NCBI GenBank assembly: GCA_038087875.1
Contig: JAXLNO010001347.1
Location: forward strand, 124,001-188,000
DNA length: 64,000 nt
Source: Malacoraja senta
Taxonomy: Eukaryota
Direction of reading: 5' to 3'
Position numbers and translations under genes: made by a program. Below the pieces are notes generated by a model. The model was not told the origin of the DNA and ran no database searches. It was given only the letters and a program-made list of their open reading frames with translations. Numbering within the stretch: position 1 is the stretch's first letter; every line of letters starts with the position of its first letter. Shown piece by piece: positions 62,493-64,000 of the stretch.

Positions 62493-64000
62493 TTAAACAA
62501 AATCGCTATAGCGGACAGGTGGTTTGACAAGACGTCCCGACCGGGTTCGCATCTCGCCATCCTCCCTTCCGGCAGGAGGAAGAGGCACCGATGGGGGCAG
62601 ACGAGCCTGAAAGGGGGAAACGGGAGGAGACGGAGGAGACCGCGGCACCAAACCCGGAGGTGATGCGGGATCAGGAGCGGGCAGAGCGCGGGCAGGCGAG
62701 CGAGGACTAGTCGGAGCAGGGTGGGACGGAAGGAGTTGAGGAGGCGGAGAACGTTGCATGTTAGGAAGGACGGGCAGATCAACGCCCGGACGCGAAGTCG
62801 GCAGTGGGGGAGCAAACGGATCCGCGGCAGGAGGACGCGGCTCGTTGACGAGCCGAAGGTGCTGGCGGGAACGACGGTAAATGGCTCCCGCATGGTCGAC
62901 GAGATAGGACCTGGGCGACCCAGCTAAGCCGACGACAGTAGCGAGCTTGGAGTGACCGGAAGTGGTCTGCATACGGACACCTTGACCGGGGAAGAGGCGC
63001 GGCAGCGGGTGGCAGGACCTGTCATGGGAACGCTTTTGGACATCGTGCCTGAAGGCAATGCGTTTCTGAACCGCCACAGGTGGGAGGACGGAGGGTATGA
63101 GGGAGCGCTGGGCCACCGGGAGCGGGAGCCTGGTAGCGCGAGACATGAGCCGCTGAGCAGGAGAACCCATGGCGGAGTCGCGGGAAATGTTGCGGAGGTT
63201 GAGGAGGGCCAGATGGAAGTCGGAGTTAATGCCACCACACTGTTCCAGCAGGTGCTTCGTGCTGCGGATGGCACGCTCGGCCAGACCGTTGCTTTGCGGG
63301 TACTCCGGGCTGCTGGTGAAATGGCGGAAGTTCCATCTGGAAGCGAACGCTTTAAACTCGGCGCTCGTGAACTGGCTGCCATTGTCCGACTGCAGGCTTG
63401 CCGGGGGGCCAAAAGTGCCAAAATGAGGGTATAACCTGTCGATGATGGCCGAAGAGGTTAGGGAGTGCAGCCGGTCGACCACAAACCAGCTGGAGTAGGA
63501 GTCAACGAGAACCAGGAAGTGTTTGCCTCGCCACTCGAAAATGTCGGCGGCAAGCGCCATCCAGGGCAGTTCGGGCGCGGGCTGCTGCAGAAGCGGCTGA
63601 CGCTGCTGGTGGGGGGCGAGGCTGTTGCAGGTGGAACACGAGGAGACCCTCTCCCGGATGTATTTGGCCATACCCGGCCAATAGAACTGGCACCGGGCGA
63701 GAGACACGGTGGCTTCGGCCCCAGGATGACCGCGGTGAGCGACTTGAAAATAGTGGTCGTGCAACGCCGCGGGCACCACCACCTTGTGACCCTTCACCAC
63801 CACGCCGTCGTGTAGTACGAGCTCATCACGGACCAGGAAGTAGGGCACGGCGCCAGCCGGCAGTGCGGAACGACGGTCGGGCCAGCCCCGCTGGATGACG
63901 GCAGACAGCTGTTGCAGGGCAGGGTCATTGGTAGTGTGTTCAACCAGGGACTTCATCTGCTGTGAAGGGACGATGTTCATTTGGAGCACCATTAGATCAG
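62493..64000 (-). mobile_element. Ty3/Gypsy LTR retrotransposon pol C-terminus (integrase), open at the window edge
   Basis: Uninterrupted frame of at least 499 aa with H-x-x-H/C-x-x-C zinc finger (AHRGH...CSTC), ADIF, SDNG and SNGLAE catalytic motifs, GSPAQRLM, and a C-terminal RTRSGRLVKPP. Confidence 0.95.

Overview
Repeat-rich vertebrate genomic DNA, most likely from an elasmobranch (skate, ray or shark). This is inferred from the dense HE1-type SINE and HER1/CR1-type LINE content and the fish-type class I gene. Three host genes are visible. (1) A complete 5-exon MHC class I-like heavy-chain gene on the minus strand (35850 to 24901, 362 aa, all introns GT-AG phase 1). It has lost most peptide-anchoring residues and has a hydrophobic groove and extra alpha2 cysteines, so it is a divergent nonclassical class I. 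(2) A second 52-bp signal-peptide exon at 883-934 (minus) with a related upstream motif, probably exon 1 of a tandem class I paralog that continues left of the window. (3) Five coiled-coil/SUN-domain exons of a SUN1/SUN2-like LINC-complex gene on the plus strand (51912-61896); its 5' and 3' ends were not found. The rest is mostly mobile DNA: CR1, Rex1 and L1-like LINE fragments, Penelope-like fragments and many short Penelope-derived repeats whose consensus carries a minimal hammerhead ribozyme core, a hAT transposon with an 8-bp TSD nested in a CR1, a non-autonomous Helitron, a MITE, and the 3' end of a Gypsy LTR element. One 290-bp inverted duplication looks like a long-read assembly artefact. 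All calls come from manual reading; no searches were run, and repeat boundaries are approximate.
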